Of a stretch of DNA of 64,000 bases, positions 35,196 to 49,337 are shown in pieces. The DNA comes from Raja brachyura (Eukaryota): contig OY740790.1 in NCBI GenBank assembly GCA_963514005.1, forward strand, positions 5,332,001-5,396,000, in the 5' to 3' direction. The notes beneath the pieces are model-generated. The model searched no databases. It saw only the letters and a program-made list of their open reading frames with translations, and was not told where the DNA came from. The stretch's first letter is position 1; every line of letters starts with the position of its first letter. The translations under genes and the position numbers were made by a program.

Positions 35196-38100
35196 AACAG
35201 CCTTCTGTGACAATGAATTCTCCAGATTCACCATCCTCTGACAAATTAAATTCCTTTTAAAATCAGTTTAAATATTAAAAGCAGCAGATTGTAGTCCCCC
35301 AGCATATCTCCATTTCGGTTATGTAGTTGGAGGCTTTATTTGGTTTCCAGGCCTGGAGGGATGGGAAGACAAAATATCTTATTAATTAACTTAAAGTGTT
35401 TATGGAGGTGTGCTTGTTTTAATGTGTTTTGATGAGTTAGTTTTGGTTAACTAGTTTTTTGTTCAATTATTTACATCAACTTTTTAAATAATATCAGTCT
35501 ATGCTGGTCTCACATCAACAATTACAACCAAAACATGCTCTGATGATGGCTATTTAACCCAATCCATGGCTTTTAAAGATAGAAAGACTCACATTTTCAT
35601 AGCTGAATCACATCCCTTTCAGCGTATTTTTAAGGTGGAGAGTGACAGGTATTTGATGGGTAGGGCTATCAAGAGGTATGGGGAGAAGTGATTGATTGGC
35701 GCAGTAGACTCAAAGGGCTGAATGGCCTAATCCTGCTCCTTAAACATAAAATAAAATCTCTGAACATCAGAGGCTCCTGAGGAAAAAGTGCTGGAGTAAC
35801 GCAGTGGTCGGGTGGCATCCCTGGAGAGCATGGATAGGTGGCGTTTCGGGTCTGGACCATTTTTCAGACTGAGTGCAGGTGTGGGAGGAAGGAAGCCAGA
35901 AGAGTGGAGGGACAAAGAGTGGAGGACAAAGCATGGTAGGTCACAGGTGAACACAGGTGAGGCAGTGTTGGGCAGATGGTTGGACAAAGGCCAGACATGA
36001 ACACGTACAAGGAGCAAAATAAAAGGATTAGTGAGTTACGAATTGTGAAGTTAGAGGATTGATGAGGTTCGAGTTGTGTAGAAATGAAGGGAGAGGAGAG
36101 AGATGGGTGCAAGATCAGCTCAGGGAGGGGGGTTTTATAGGGGGGGGGGGGATGCATGGGACTTAGGGTGAATGGGCAGGTGGTCCAGCAGGAATACTAT
36201 CTGAAACTTGGTATAGTCAGGTGCAATTCATTGCCACAGGAGGCTGTGAGGTCCAAGTCAGTGGATATTTTTAAGGCAGAGGTAGATCGATTCTTGTTTA
36301 GACAGGTGACAGAGATTATGTAGGTGAGGTGATGAGGGAGAGTTAGATCCGCCATTATTGAACGGTGGAGTAGACGTGATGGGCCGAATGACCTAATTCT
36401 GCTCCTATCCCTTATGAACTCATGCCTTGTAGCCTGACTCATGGGAACAGAAGATTAATAGGAATGGGGCTCCACAGGTCAGTATGTGTGGGCAGTGACC
36501 CAGATCCAGCAACATTCAGCCAAACATTGCCCTGCCCTGTGGAGAAGATGTTTCCATGAGTGGGAGAGTCTAGGACTAGAGGTCATAGCCTCAGAATTAA
36601 AGGATGTTCTTTTATTGTGGAAATGAGGGGAACTTTCTTCAGTCAGAGGGTGGTGAAAATGTGGAAGTCTTTCACATGGAAGGCCGTGAAGACTAAATCA
36701 GTGGATATTTTTAAGGCAGAGATAGACAGATTCCTGATTAGTACGGGTGTCAGAGGTTATGAGGAGAAGGCAGGAGAATGGGGTTTGGGGGGAGAGATAG
36801 ATCAGCCATGATGTGTCGAATGGCCCTATTCTACTCCTATCACTTATGGCCGTATGATTTTAAAGATCCTACCCTTGCTCTAATCTCCCTTTTCCAATAA
36901 TTCTAATGAGCCTTGCAGACTCCTTCAGTTACAGCTTATAGTCATACAGTCACGGAGTGATACAGTGGGGAAACAGGCCCAACTTGGCCACACCAGCCAA
37001 CATGCCCCATCTACACTAGTCCCACGTGCCTGTGTTTGGTCCATATCCCTCCAAACCTGTCCTATCCATATACCTGTCTAACTTCTTCTTAAACCTCAAA
37101 TACCTCCTCCGGCAGCTTGTTCCATGCACCCACAACCCTTTGTTTGAGAACGTTCCCCCTCAGATTTATATTAAATCTTTCCCCTTCACCGTAAACCTAT
37201 GTCCTCTGGTCCTTGATTCCCCTACTCTGGGCGAGAGGCCCTGTGCATCTACCCGATCTATTCCTCTCATGATTTTATGCACCTCTATAAGATCATCGCT
37301 CATCCTCCTGCGCTTCAGGGAATAGAGTCACAGCCGACTCAACCTCTCCCTGCAGCTCAGACCCTCGGGTCCTGGCAACATACTTGCAAAACCTCTCTGT
37401 ACCCTCTCCTATAACATGGTGCCCAGAATTGAACACAATACTCTAAATATTTGGCCTTTGGTCATCTTCAATTTGAATCACTAAAATGGTAACTGTTACT
37501 TATATTAAGTTTTCATTTCTCAGTGCTGTTAAGGTAAGCTTGCACTGATGATACTGCAAGATGTAATGAATAGCTCTGGCCTCAGCACAAGAGACCCGCG
37601 TTTGATCCTGATCTCAGATGCTACCTGTGTGCAGTTTGCACGCTCACCCTGTGCTTTTCCTCCCTGTGTTCCGGTTTCCTCCCACATCCCTAAGACGTGC
37701 GGGTTTGTAGGTTATTTGGCCCTCTGTAAAGAGCCTCCAGAGTGCAGGGAGTGGATGAGAAAGTCGGATAACATGGAACTAGTGTGAACAGGTGATTGAT
37801 GGTTGGTGTTAAGATAGTGGGCAGAAGGGCTTGTTTCCATGCTGTATCTCTAAAACTAATGTCCACCAATTTACTTTTGTTAATTATTTCCAGCATGTTA
37901 TTGCCGCGATTTTTTGGTGAAAGTGACTTATTTGGAACTGCTGGGGCATTTGAAGCTATTATGAGGGGAACACAATATGCATGGTGTGTAGGAAAGCTGT
38001 TCCAGGTGTCAACTTCTGTACATCGGTGAGACCAAGCGCAGGCTCTACGATTGTTTCGCTGAACACTTCCACTCAGTCCACCTTAACCTACCTGATCTCC

Positions 38101-38504
38101 CGGTTGCTCAACATTTTAACTCCCCCTCCCATTCCCAATCTGAACTTTCTGGCCTGGGCCTCCTCCATTGTCAGATTGAGGCCGTGCACAAATTGGAGGA
38201 ACAGCACCTCATATTTTGCTAGGGTAGCTCACACCCAAGCGGTATGAACATTGATCTCTAACTTCAAATAGCCCTTGCTTTCCCTCTCTCTCCATCCCCT
38301 TCCCCTTCCCAGTTCTTCCACCGGTCTTACTGTCTCCGACGACATACTATCTCTGTCTCACTCACTCCCCTGACATCAGACTGAAGAAGGGTCTCGACCC
38401 ATAAATGTCGCACATTCCTTCTCTCCAGAGATGCTGCCTGTCCTGCTCAGTTACTCCAGCATTTTGTGTCTACAATATGCAGGGTAACAATTCACAGTTA
38501 CTTA

Positions 38505-39150
38505 AGGGCCTGTCCCACCAGCATGCCACTCCATGCGGTGAGCGCGTCCTAACGTGGTCGCTTGAGTCGTCCGGCCTCGCGGGGCAGGTCCCACTTCAAT
38601 TGCCGGAGCCGTATAGAGTTGTGCGGGGCTGGTCCCGACATCGCGCGGGCCTCCGAAAAACTGATCGTGTTCGAAAATTCCGCGCGGCAACGGCCTATCG
38701 GCCCGCAGTCGTCTCGACGCATTACGCACCGCCTCGACGTTGTGCCTCCGTGACCCTCTCTATTTGCCTCCGTGGCCCTCTCTCTGTGTGCCTCCGTGGC
38801 CCTCTCTATATGTGTGCCTCCTTGACCCTCTATATGTGTGCCTCAGTGACCCTCTCTATATGTGCCTCTGTGACCCTCTCTCTGTGCCTCCGTGACCCTC
38901 TCTCTGTGCCTCCGTGACCCTCTCTCTGTGCCTCCGGGACCCTCTCTCTGTGCCTCCGGGACCCTCTCTCTGTGCCTCCGTGACCCTCTCTCTGTGCCTC
39001 CGTGTCCCTCTCTGTGTGTCCCTCTCTGACATTGCGAACTTACCGTGGACTTCGCGCCACATCGTGCCACTCACCTGACCTCCGCGCGGCCCCCGCTACC
39101 GGTTTAGTTGCGCTCGCCGCATGCAGGCGCATGCTGGTGGGACCGGCCCT
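38505..39150 (+). mobile_element. Harbinger/PIF-type MITE copy A with internal 21-bp tandem repeat
   Basis: TTA|AGGGCCTGTCCCACCAGCATGC...GCATGCTGGTGGGACCGGCCCT, with (TGTGCCTCCGTGACCCTCTCTC)n at ~38741-39025. Confidence 0.8.
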
Positions 39151-39216
39151 GTACGGGGATCACCCGACCTCCGTGCGGCCTCCGCTTCCAGAACAAAAGA
39201 ATGCTTACTTGCGTTA

Positions 39217-39679
39217 AGGGCCTGTCCCACCAGCATGCGACTCCATGCGGTGAGCGTGACCAAACCGGCAGCGGGGGCCGCGCGGAGATCGGGTGAGTGA
39301 CGCGACGTGGCGCGAAGTTGGAGCGAAGTCCGCGGTAGGTTCGCAAGGACAGAGAGGGACACGGAGGCACGCAGAGAGAGGGCCATGGAGGCACACACAG
39401 AGAGGGCCATGGAGGCACATATAGAGAGGGTCACGGAGGCATGACGTCGAGGCGGTGCGCATGGCGTTGAGGCGGCTGTGGGCCGATAGGCCGTTGGCGC
39501 GCGGAATTTTTGAACACGGTCAGTTTTTCGGAGCCCTGCGCGATGTTGGGACCAGCTCCGCACAACTCCATAGGGCTCCGCCGATCGAAATGGGACCGGC
39601 CCCGCGAGGCCGGACGGCTCAAGCAACCACGTTAGGTTGTGCTCACCGCATGGAGTCGCATGCTGGTGGCACAGGCCCT
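39217..39679 (-). mobile_element. Harbinger/PIF-type MITE copy B, inverted relative to copy A
   Basis: TTA TSD at 39214-39216 and 39680-39682. TIRs are AGGGCCTGTCCCACCAGCATGCGACTCCATGCGGTGAGC and its reverse complement. Confidence 0.85.
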
Positions 39680-42651
39680 TTACAGAGCAGAGTATTCCCA
39701 TTGACAACGCAATGGAGTGGGAGAATGCCAAGTGCTGTGATCCATAGTGAAATGCTTATTACCATTTTGGTACAGCGTATTTTATACATGCCATTAGATA
39801 TAACGAAAGGTAACATGGCATATTGAAGACTTGCAACCCAAAGAGCCAAAGGCATTTCAGTGAGAATTTGCAGTGAGCTTTCATGCATCAAGGAATTAGT
39901 ATATATTTAAAAATGTTTTGTTTAATTTATATTTGAATGCTTCATAATGTCAGGGCGATCAACATCGTTCCATGTCCTTGACAACATGAAAAGCTGGAGC
40001 GCTGTCTTGCTAGTTATCAGATATTAGGCCGACACAGCGGTAGAGCTGCTGTCTTTTATCGTCAAAGACCTGGGTTCAATCCTGACTACAGGTGCCGTGT
40101 GCAGAAGCTTGTATGTTCTCCCCGTGACCGTGTGGGTTTTCTCCAGGTACTCTGGTTTCCTCCCACATTCCAAAAACATACAGGTTTGTAGGTTAATTGG
40201 CTTTGGTAAAAATTGTAAATTGACCCTAGTGTGTAGGATAGTGCTAGTGTAAGGAGCTAAACGCCGGTCGGCGCTAACTCATTGGGATGAAGGACCTGTT
40301 TCCACACTGTCTAAATCAGAGTTTTATTATATCTGATTTGTGGGGTTTTTAAGACCTGCCCACGATGCAGGCTGCCACTCTGGGTCCTGTCTATTCAGAT
40401 ATACGTAGCTTGTTTCCCTGCAAGTTGGGGACAGAGATTCATACCTCAGAGAGAACACTAGCAGGCTACAAGTTTCAGTTCTGTATCTTTAGTTGCCGAT
40501 GTAAATTTGATTGTAAACAAGTATAGTCTTTTCACTGAATGGATAGCAGGCAACAAAAAAGTGTTTCACCGTACCTCGGTACAAATGGTAATAAACTAAA
40601 TTAAACTAAATACGGCTTTGGGAAGATTACAGGACTAGCCCAACTAACACATCAAAATACTAAGTAAATAATGTGAAGACAACACAAGAACATATTCATT
40701 TAATAAAGGTACAACATGGAAACTGGCCCTTCGCCTACCAAGTCCACACTGACCATTAATTACCCGTTCATCTTTGTTATCCCACTTTTGCATTTACTCT
40801 CCCAGCTGCCCTCAAAGGGATTTGAGAAAACAAAATCACTGGAGCATTTCCTGAAATTATTTGACTTATTAAAGGACTAGAATGGTTAAAAGCAAATTTG
40901 AAAAATCCTCCACATTAACTTTGTTTCCCTTTGCAGAGTAATTACAGAGTCATGTAATAATTGTTTTCCCTCAGTTCATCTGCAATATAAATTGTTGCTG
41001 ACTCCTCCAGCCAGCTGTGTTGTAGTATAAGGCATTGTTTTGGAATGTATATCTTTCATTCAGTCACTTTGTGTTTTGCTCCCAGCTTCAGAACCAATTA
41101 GACTTTGCGGTGACTTTTTAAATTCAGGGGTTGAAATCGACCTCTGGATTACTTGAGTTCTTCGTTCAGGAAGCCAGCGATTCATCGGAGGAGTTGAAAG
41201 GCCACTGACAAATATTTTTGGGTTTCTGGCGCAGTGCTCAGTTACGCCCCTACCTCCGCTCAGCTTCCTCCCCTACTCGCTTCCTTCCACTTCTCTGAAG
41301 CAAAGGAATTTAAACTGGCATGGTATGGGGTGGTACTTTATTTATCCCATGTACCGAGTACAGTGAAATTTATTTTTGTACACAGTTCAGTACATATCAC
41401 CATACATAAGCACATGGATACATGTTAGATAAACATCTCAGATGGAGTACAAATGAATAGCAGTAGTACACTGAGACAGTACACAGTGTCGCCAGTTTGG
41501 CCCCATTTTCAAGTCCCAGTTGTTGTAAGTGCAGGGATCTTGACCTGACCATGAAGCTCTGTTGTCCTGGCGGCGTTGCAGGGTCGGCCTGGCCAAGCGT
41601 AGCTGTTGCTGCTGTAGGCCGTGTGTTGTCCACGTGCTCATTATATGTGCTTTCAGAAGTTGCAGGTGAATTCTACACATTGCCACATATTGTGCTGCTG
41701 TAACGCTCCAGTACACTTTCTGTCCCTTCTCTGAACCAAAAGAATTTAAACTACAGATCATTATATGTGCTTTCTGAAGCTCCAGGTGAATGATACACTT
41801 TGCTACATATTGTGTTGCTTCACTGTACTTACCTCTCCATCTTCAGCTCTGGTCTCATGGAATGACAGAGCTGTCTTTTGAGGAAAGATTTAGTGAATAG
41901 GATTTATTTTCACTCCAGTTTAAATGAGTGAGAGGTTTAGTTTAGTTTAAAGATACAGTGTGGATGCAGACCCTTCAGCCCACACAATACAATACAATAC
42001 AATAAGGTTTTATTTGTCACATTGCACATAAAGTGCAAGTGAAATGAATTTGCCAGCAGCATACAATGATAAGGAACACCCTAAACACACTAAAATGTGA
42101 ACATAATCATCCACCACAGCATTCATCACTGTGGTGGAAGGCACAAAATTTGGCCAGTCCTCCTCCATTACCCCCCAGAAAGACCACGTCAATCCTTGCT
42201 GTTGGGCCACGGGGGAGGAGACCTGGAAAAAGTCACCTCTCCGTGGATGAGGTGACCGAAACGGTTTCCCCCTTACCCCCCCCCCACACAACCCCCCACA
42301 TAAGACACACAAAGAAACATTAAAACATACTTTCAAACAAACTAAAAAAAATTAATAAAGTTGAAAAGTCTAACACGCTGCTGACAGGGCTGCCGGCTTG
42401 CAGCGCCCCCACTGACCATGGAGTCCACACAGAGCAATAATCACCCGTCCACCAATCGTAAGTTATCCCAGTTTCGTGGTAATATTGGCCATTTTGGGTG
42501 CCTGACGAAATGGAGGATTTCTGCTTTTGTAAAGCCTGCTTGACATCTTATGAAAAAGCTGCAAAGACCATGAGGATCATGGCTCCAGAGTGTCTGTGGC
42601 CTGGGGCGAGGTTGTATAAATGTTGATGTCCACATGGCCTTTAATTGTTAA

Positions 42652-44997
42652 TTAGACTAAGTGGGACCTGTTGGGTCCCATGTTCACAAGGGAGGGCTGG
42701 TCCCCCAAATCAATGTTCCACCTCTCCACCAATTCCAATATTGGTGGCCAGTGGGGGGGAGGGGGCTTCCTGGAGCGCTAGTATGGGTGTTGTGGGCCAA
42801 AGGGACTGTTTTTAAAAGGGCTAGTACGGACATTGTGGGCCAAATGGATTATTGGGCTGGCAACTCAGTCACTCAGGACTGGTGGGCTGGCAGCTCAGTC
42901 ATTCAGGCCTGGTGGGCTGGCAGCTCAGTCACTCAGGCCTGGTGGGCTGGCAGCTCAGAAACTGCCATAGATTCTGGCCAAAACAGGTGTAGTGAGAGAG
43001 AGAAGCGGGAAAGGGTGGAGAATCATCACAGCAATGAGGGAGGAAAATCTATCCTGGCCTGTATCTCACAGGGATCCAATGAAGCAAGGGAGAAAAACAC
43101 TGGGGTGAGGATTAATACTTGCAGGGGGAATACATACTGATGGGCCAAAAGGATTCCTCCTGGGCTAGTGCAGGCTGGATGGGCAGAAGTGGGTCTTTTA
43201 AAAAAAAATCTGAGTGGAATCTCAGTGAAAGGTACTTTTTCTGGACTTTTCCTGTCCTGGCCAGGGCCTTTTGGGCCAAAATGAACCCCCTGGGCTAATA
43301 TGGGCATCTAGGGAAAAGGGGAGTGGTTTCTCAGCTAATTGGGGCCTTGTGGGCCAAAATTAGTGGTTTCAGGCAGCTCATTGCATTTTCATTTAATTTC
43401 CATTTCCATTGTGGTTTCAAGCACAAGGCAGGCTGAAGAGCTCACTGCATTTTCATTTTACTTCCATTGCTATTGCGGTTTCAAGCACAGGGCAGGCTGA
43501 AGAGCTCATTGCATTTTCATTTTACTTCCATTGCCATTGCGCTTTCAAGCACAGCGCAGGCCGAATAGCTCATTGCATTTCCATTACATTTCCACTGCCA
43601 TAGCAGTTTCAAGGACAGGACAGGCCAAGCCAAACAGCTCATTGCATTTTCATTTCACTTCCACTGCCATTGCAGTTTCAAGGACTTGGCATGCCAAGCC
43701 AAACAGCTCATTGTATTTTAATTTCACTTCCACTGCCATTGCAGTCTCGAGGACCGGGCAGGCCAAGCCAAACAGCTGATTGCATTACATTTCACTTCTA
43801 CTGCCATTGAAGTTTCAAGGACAGGGCAGGCCAAGCCAAACAGCTGATTGCATTTTCATTTCACTTCCATTGCCATTGCAGTTTCAAGGACAGGGCATGC
43901 CAAGCCAAACAGTTCATTGTATTTTAATTTCACTTCCACTGCCATTGCAGTTTCAAGGACAGGGCATGCCAAGCCAAACAGTTCATTGTATTTTAATTTC
44001 ACTTCCACTGCCATTGCAGTCTCGAGGACCGGGCAGGCCAAGCCAAACAGCTGATTGCATTACATTTCACTTCCACTGCCATTGAAGTTTCAAGGACAGG
44101 GCAGGCCAAGCCAAACAGCTGATTGCATTTTCATTTCACTTCCACTGCCATTGCAGTTTCAAGGACAGGGCAGGCCAAGTCAAACAGCTCATTGCATTTT
44201 CATTTCACTTCCATTGCCATTGCAGTTTCAAGGACAGGGCATGCCAAGCCAAACAGTTCATTGTATTTTAATTTCACTTCCACTGCCATTGCAGTCTCGA
44301 GGACCGGGCAGGCCAAGCCAAACAGCTGATTGCATTACATTTCACTTCCACTGCCATTGAAGTTTCAAGGACAGGGCAGGCCAAGCCAAACAGCTGATTG
44401 CATTTTCATTTCACTTCCACTGCCATTGCAGTTTCAAGGACAGGGCAGGCCAAGTCAAACAGCTCATAGCATTTTCATTTCACTTCCATTGCCATTGCAG
44501 TTTCAAGGACTGGGCAGGCCGAGCCAAACAGCTCATTGCATTTTCATTTCACTTCCATTGCCATTGCACTTTCAAGCACAGCGCAGGCCAAACAACTCAT
44601 TTCATTTTCATTAAGGGCTAACAAATCATTTATTGCAAGTACATTGCAGACTCACAATTCAGTTGATTCACAGCTTAGAATGGGAGTCGTGGCCTCTCCT
44701 TCACAATCTTGCAGAGTGACTGAGTCACGTCCAGGCATCTGGGGTTTTATAGGCCTTCCCCCCGGAAGGGGCATTACCTTCATCGCGGTGATTGACAGGC
44801 GAGATGATCACAAGGTTTTTTAAACATTCATAACTTTTTTATTTTCATCGATGGGAAAAATCCTCAGTGCCTGATCAGCGGAGGAGGACTGTGAGTAAGA
44901 TGGCCAAAAATCATAAGAGTATATGATAGCGTTATTTCCAAAATCAATGTACAGCGCAGACAGGAAGAGGTCAAGATGAGACTTTTAATTATATAGA
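42652..44997 (-). mobile_element. Non-autonomous Helitron carrying a ~55-bp tandem array
   Basis: Minus strand starts A|TCTATATAATT (44997) and ends CTAA|T (42652; CTRR), with a hairpin GTGGGACC-TGTTG-GGTCCCAT at 42661-42681. Both termini are shared with 22588-23234. Confidence 0.8.
43375..44610 (+). repeat. ~55-bp tandem array (CATTGCATTTTCATTTCACTTCCACTGCCATTGCAGTTTCAAGGACAGGGCAGGCCAAGCCAAACAGCT-like) with ~275-bp higher-order period
   Basis: The variant GTCTCGAGGACCGGG recurs at ~43744, 44019 and 44294, a spacing of 275 bp. Confidence 0.85.
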
Positions 44998-46609
44998 TTA
45001 TGGTCTTGCTATCGTGTTTGGCACGGCTATTGTGGGCCGAAGGGCCAGTACCTGTCCTGCACTGTTCAGTTTCAGCCACCTTTTTTCAGTGTGGAAATGT
45101 CAAAGAGCACAGGACGTAGCTTTAAGGAGAGAAGGGCATAATTTAAAGATGTTCAGTGCTAGTTTTTTTTATATACAATGTTGTGGGTGCCTGGAACACA
45201 CTGCCAGAGATGGTGGTGAAGGCAGATAAGTGGTGTTTAAGAGGCCTTTAAATGGGCAGCATGGTGTCACAGCGGTAGAGTCGGTGCCTTACAGCACAAG
45301 AGACCCGGGTTCGAACCGGACTAAGGGTGCTGTTTGTGCAGAGTTTGTACATTCTTGCAATGACCTCTGTAATCCATTTCCTCCAGCAACTGTACTGCTG
45401 TGCCACTGTGTCACGACTTGTGTTGAAGTTGATACTACAGCAGCTAAATGGCCAGAACACCAAATTAATAACACGATCATTAATAATAATAACATTAATA
45501 ACCTCAAGTAAAAACGGTTATGGGCACATCGGGAAAAAAACAATAGAACACAATTAATTAGATGTATTAACTTTTTGCTTTGAAAACTTTTGGCATGGGC
45601 ATAGTAATGCATTCGCACAAGATCAATGGCAAATTGCACTTATTGCCTCTCATTTAATCCACTATTAGGTGTCTTTGGTTCCAAGTCTGTTTTTAAACTT
45701 CACATGCCAACATTTCCAATTTATCTTAACATTACTAGAATGCTGTTCCTTCTTTCAACTGAGAGTGGAGCTATTTTCAAGGTACACCTAGACTTGCTGG
45801 ACATTCATTTAGAATCTGGGCTTTTCCAGAACAAACCAAAGCAACATTTCAGGTCTCGACCCAAAATGTGACCTCCATGTTCTCCAGAGGTGCCAACTGA
45901 CCTGCTGAGATACTCCAGCACTTTGTGTCTTTTTTTTTGTAAACCAGCATTTGTAGTTCCTTGCTTCTAAATTAATCTATACTCCAATGTACATTTTAAA
46001 GGCGGATTAATTGACAGATTCTTGATGGGGAGAATGGTGTTATGGGGAGAAGGGGGGAGAATGGGATTGTGAGGGAGAGATAGATCAGCCATGATTGAAC
46101 GGTGGAGTAGACTTGATGGGCCGAATGGCATAATTCTGCTCCAACTTTCTAAGTCTCGAACCTAAATGCTGCCTATTTGACTTCAGAGATGTTGCCTGAC
46201 CTGCTGAATTACTTCAGCGTGCCTTTATTTTAACATGGGCTTGTACTTCCTTCAGTCTTGAAAGCACAATATTATTAGTCCTCCCCTAGACTGAACCATT
46301 GCTGCCTGCCTTTCCTCTTGGTGCTAAATGTCTATGTAAACAAACCGCAAAAAATGCAAACTATAAATAAGTCAATGTTCTCCAGAGATGCTGCCTGGCC
46401 CCTTGAGTTACTCCAGCACTCTGTTGTTGTTTTGCTGCAAAATCGTAGGTTATGTTGATGTGGAATCTGCCTTCCCAAGTGAGTCAGATTATCAGGATCT
46501 CTTATCTCGAGCGCTTCAATACGGACATGTTCTCTCTCACAGTTCGGTGCCAAATGGCATGTATAAATCATCCAGTTGGCAGTAAATTCTCCTCCGCAGG
46601 TTTCTGCTA

Positions 46610-46780
46610 NNNNNNNNNNNNNNNNNNNNNNNNNNNNNNNNNNNNNNNNNNNNNNNNNNNNNNNNNNNNNNNNNNNNNNNNNNNNNNNNNNNNNNNNNNN
46701 NNNNNNNNNNNNNNNNNNNNNNNNNNNNNNNNNNNNNNNNNNNNNNNNNNNNNNNNNNNNNNNNNNNNNNNNNNNNNNNN
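46610..46780. other. Assembly gap (N run)
   Basis: Run of N. Confidence 1.
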
Positions 46781-46924
46781 TGTGGGTGCATCTGTGTCTG
46801 TGTCTCTGTGTGTGTATGTGTGTCTCTGTGTGTGTTTCTGGTTTTCCCTTGACTGCTGTAGTGCCACGACTTCTGCGTAGGAATTTAACATTCCAATAGT
46901 CGTAGATTCGAATGACACCACTGG

Positions 46925-47935
46925 AGGACGGAGGATCTAAGGGGGTCGAGGAACTGAAATAAATTTTAATTAGCCGGGAAATAGTATTGGGGAGGCTAAT
47001 GGGACTGAAGGATGATAAATCCCCGGGGACTGCATCCCAGGGTCCTCAGGGAGGTGGCTCTAGAAATAATGGACGCATTGGTGATCATTTTCCAATGTTC
47101 AATAAATTCAGGATCAGTTCCTGTGGATTGGAGGATAGCTAATGTTATCCCACATTTCAAGAAAAGAGCGAGAGAGAAAACTGGGAATTACAGGCCAGTT
47201 AGCCTGACCGGTGGTGGGAAAAATGCTGGAGTCAATTATTAAAGAGGTAATTATGGGGCATTTGGATAGCAATAAAAGGATTAGTCCAAGTCAGCATGGA
47301 TTTATGAAAGGAAAATCATGACTAATCTTCTGGAATTTTTTGAGGATGTGACAAATAAAATGGATGAAGGGGAGCCAGTGGATGTAGTGTATCTGGACTT
47401 TCAGAAAGCCTTTGATTCAGTACAGGAGTAGAGAGGTTCTTCAGCAGTTGTATAGGGCTATTGTAAGACCACATCTGGAGTATTGAGTACAGTTTTTGTC
47501 TCCTAATTTGTTGAAGGACATCCTTGTGATTGAGGCAGTCCAGCGTAGGTTCACGAGATTGATCCCTGGGATGGCGGGACTGTCATATGAGGAAAGATTG
47601 AAAAGATTAGGCTTGTATTCACTGGAGTTTAGAAGGATGAGGGGCTATCTTATAGAAACAAATAAAATTATAAAAGGACTGGACAAGCTAGATGCAGGAA
47701 AATGTTCCCAATGTTGGGCGAGTCCAGAACCAGGGGCCACAGTCTTAGAACAAAGGGCAGTCCATTTAAGACTGAGGTGAGAAAAAACGTTTTCACCCAG
47801 AGAGTTGTGAATTTGTGGAATTCCCAGCCACAGAGGGCAGTGGAGGCCAAATCAATGGATGGATTTAAGAGAGAGTTAGATAGAGCTCTAGGGGCTAGTG
47901 GAATCAAGGGATGTGGGGAGAAGGCAGGCACAGAT
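46925..47935 (+). mobile_element. CR1 fragment with internal deletion
   Basis: LHPRVLREVA...YLDFQKAFD is joined directly to QYRSREVL and the 3' end. Confidence 0.88.
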
Positions 47936-49337
47936 ATTTGGCTTAAAACCAGAGATGGGATGAGGCTGGAAATGTTCCAGCGAGCAGGTGGGGCAATTTA
48001 GGGCAAAAATCATTCTTGATACCTGATGTCGCTCAATGTACCGCGGGTTTCTTATTTTAGTTCCTGATCTAACGAGGAGCAATAATGTGCACTCTGGTCC
48101 TAGTCTCTTCCTCTAGTGGAAACATCCTCCCCACATCCACTCTATCCAGGCCTTTCACTATTCAGTAAGTTTCTATGAGGATCCCCCCTCATTCCTCGAG
48201 GTAAGCAAGGTCCTTTACGGGCTGAGGTCCTTTACAGTTTGTAGAAAGGGGACACTAAATCCTATTTTCCCGTCTCGTGTCTTAAACTGATTATGGTCTG
48301 TTGCCTCTGCAAATGGTATGTGCTTATTAGTATCATGAGGGAATGTGGTTCACAGACATTGACAGTTGTGCAGGAAGGAACTGCAGATGCTGGTTTACAC
48401 CGAAGATAGACACAAAATGCTGGAGTAACTCCGTGGGGCAGGCAGCATTTCTCAAGAGAAGGAATGGGTGATGTTTTGGGTTGAGACCTTTCTTCAGACT
48501 GGGAGGAAGTGTAGAGATATGGAGGGGTAAGGTGTGAAAAGGTGAGATCAAAGCAGATTGTGATTAGGAAATGTAGAATGGCTCATTGTTAGCTGAGAGG
48601 AAGGTGACAACGAGGCAAACAATCAGTAATATTTAATCAGGAAGACAGTGAAACTAGTCAGAGAACTAGGGTGGGGGCGGGACGGAGAGAGTGGGAAGGC
48701 AAGGGTTACTTGAAGTTAGATAACTCAATAGTCATACCGCTGGGGTGTAAGCTTCCCAAGCAAAATATGAGATGCTGTTCCTCCAATTTGCACTAGGCCT
48801 CACTCTGACAGTGGAGGAGGCCCAGGACAGAAAGGTCAGTGTGGGAATGGGTGGGGTAGTTAAAGCGTTAAGCAACCAAGAGATCGTGTAGGCCTAGGCG
48901 GACTGAGCGGTGGTGTTCAGCGAGGGAGTTGCATGTTAGCCCTCTGCAAACTTTAAAACCCAATGAGTTGTTCCTTCTCCATTTGGCACATCAAGTCCTC
49001 TCCGTCATTCAATCATATCTGGATTGGCATGGCTTAGAACATCAGAACAACCCTCTGCCACTGCCACTGAATTCTCAGGGACTACAAAGGGAAAATGTAC
49101 TCCACTAATCCCTCTGTGTGCTTTTTATCTGTCGGTTACGGTGTTCAGATTTGTCAAATATTGAATTGCATTTCAACAGTGGAGTCTTTAGGTTTATAGA
49201 GTCAAGTGTGAAACTGTTAAAGCAGAAGTATTTTCGTGCCAGGAACAAACTACACACGCTTTGACTGTAGACAACTCTCATTTGTTAAATGTCAAAAATA
49301 TTCTGCTGCTTTTTAAGTATTTTTCCCCAACAAGGTA

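Noticed and set aside
43409-44823. Repeated ~70-100 aa ORFs (HFHFTS.AIAVS)
   Set aside because: Translations of the ~55-bp tandem array inside a Helitron.
46452-46921. ORFs spanning X runs
   Set aside because: They cross the assembly gap.
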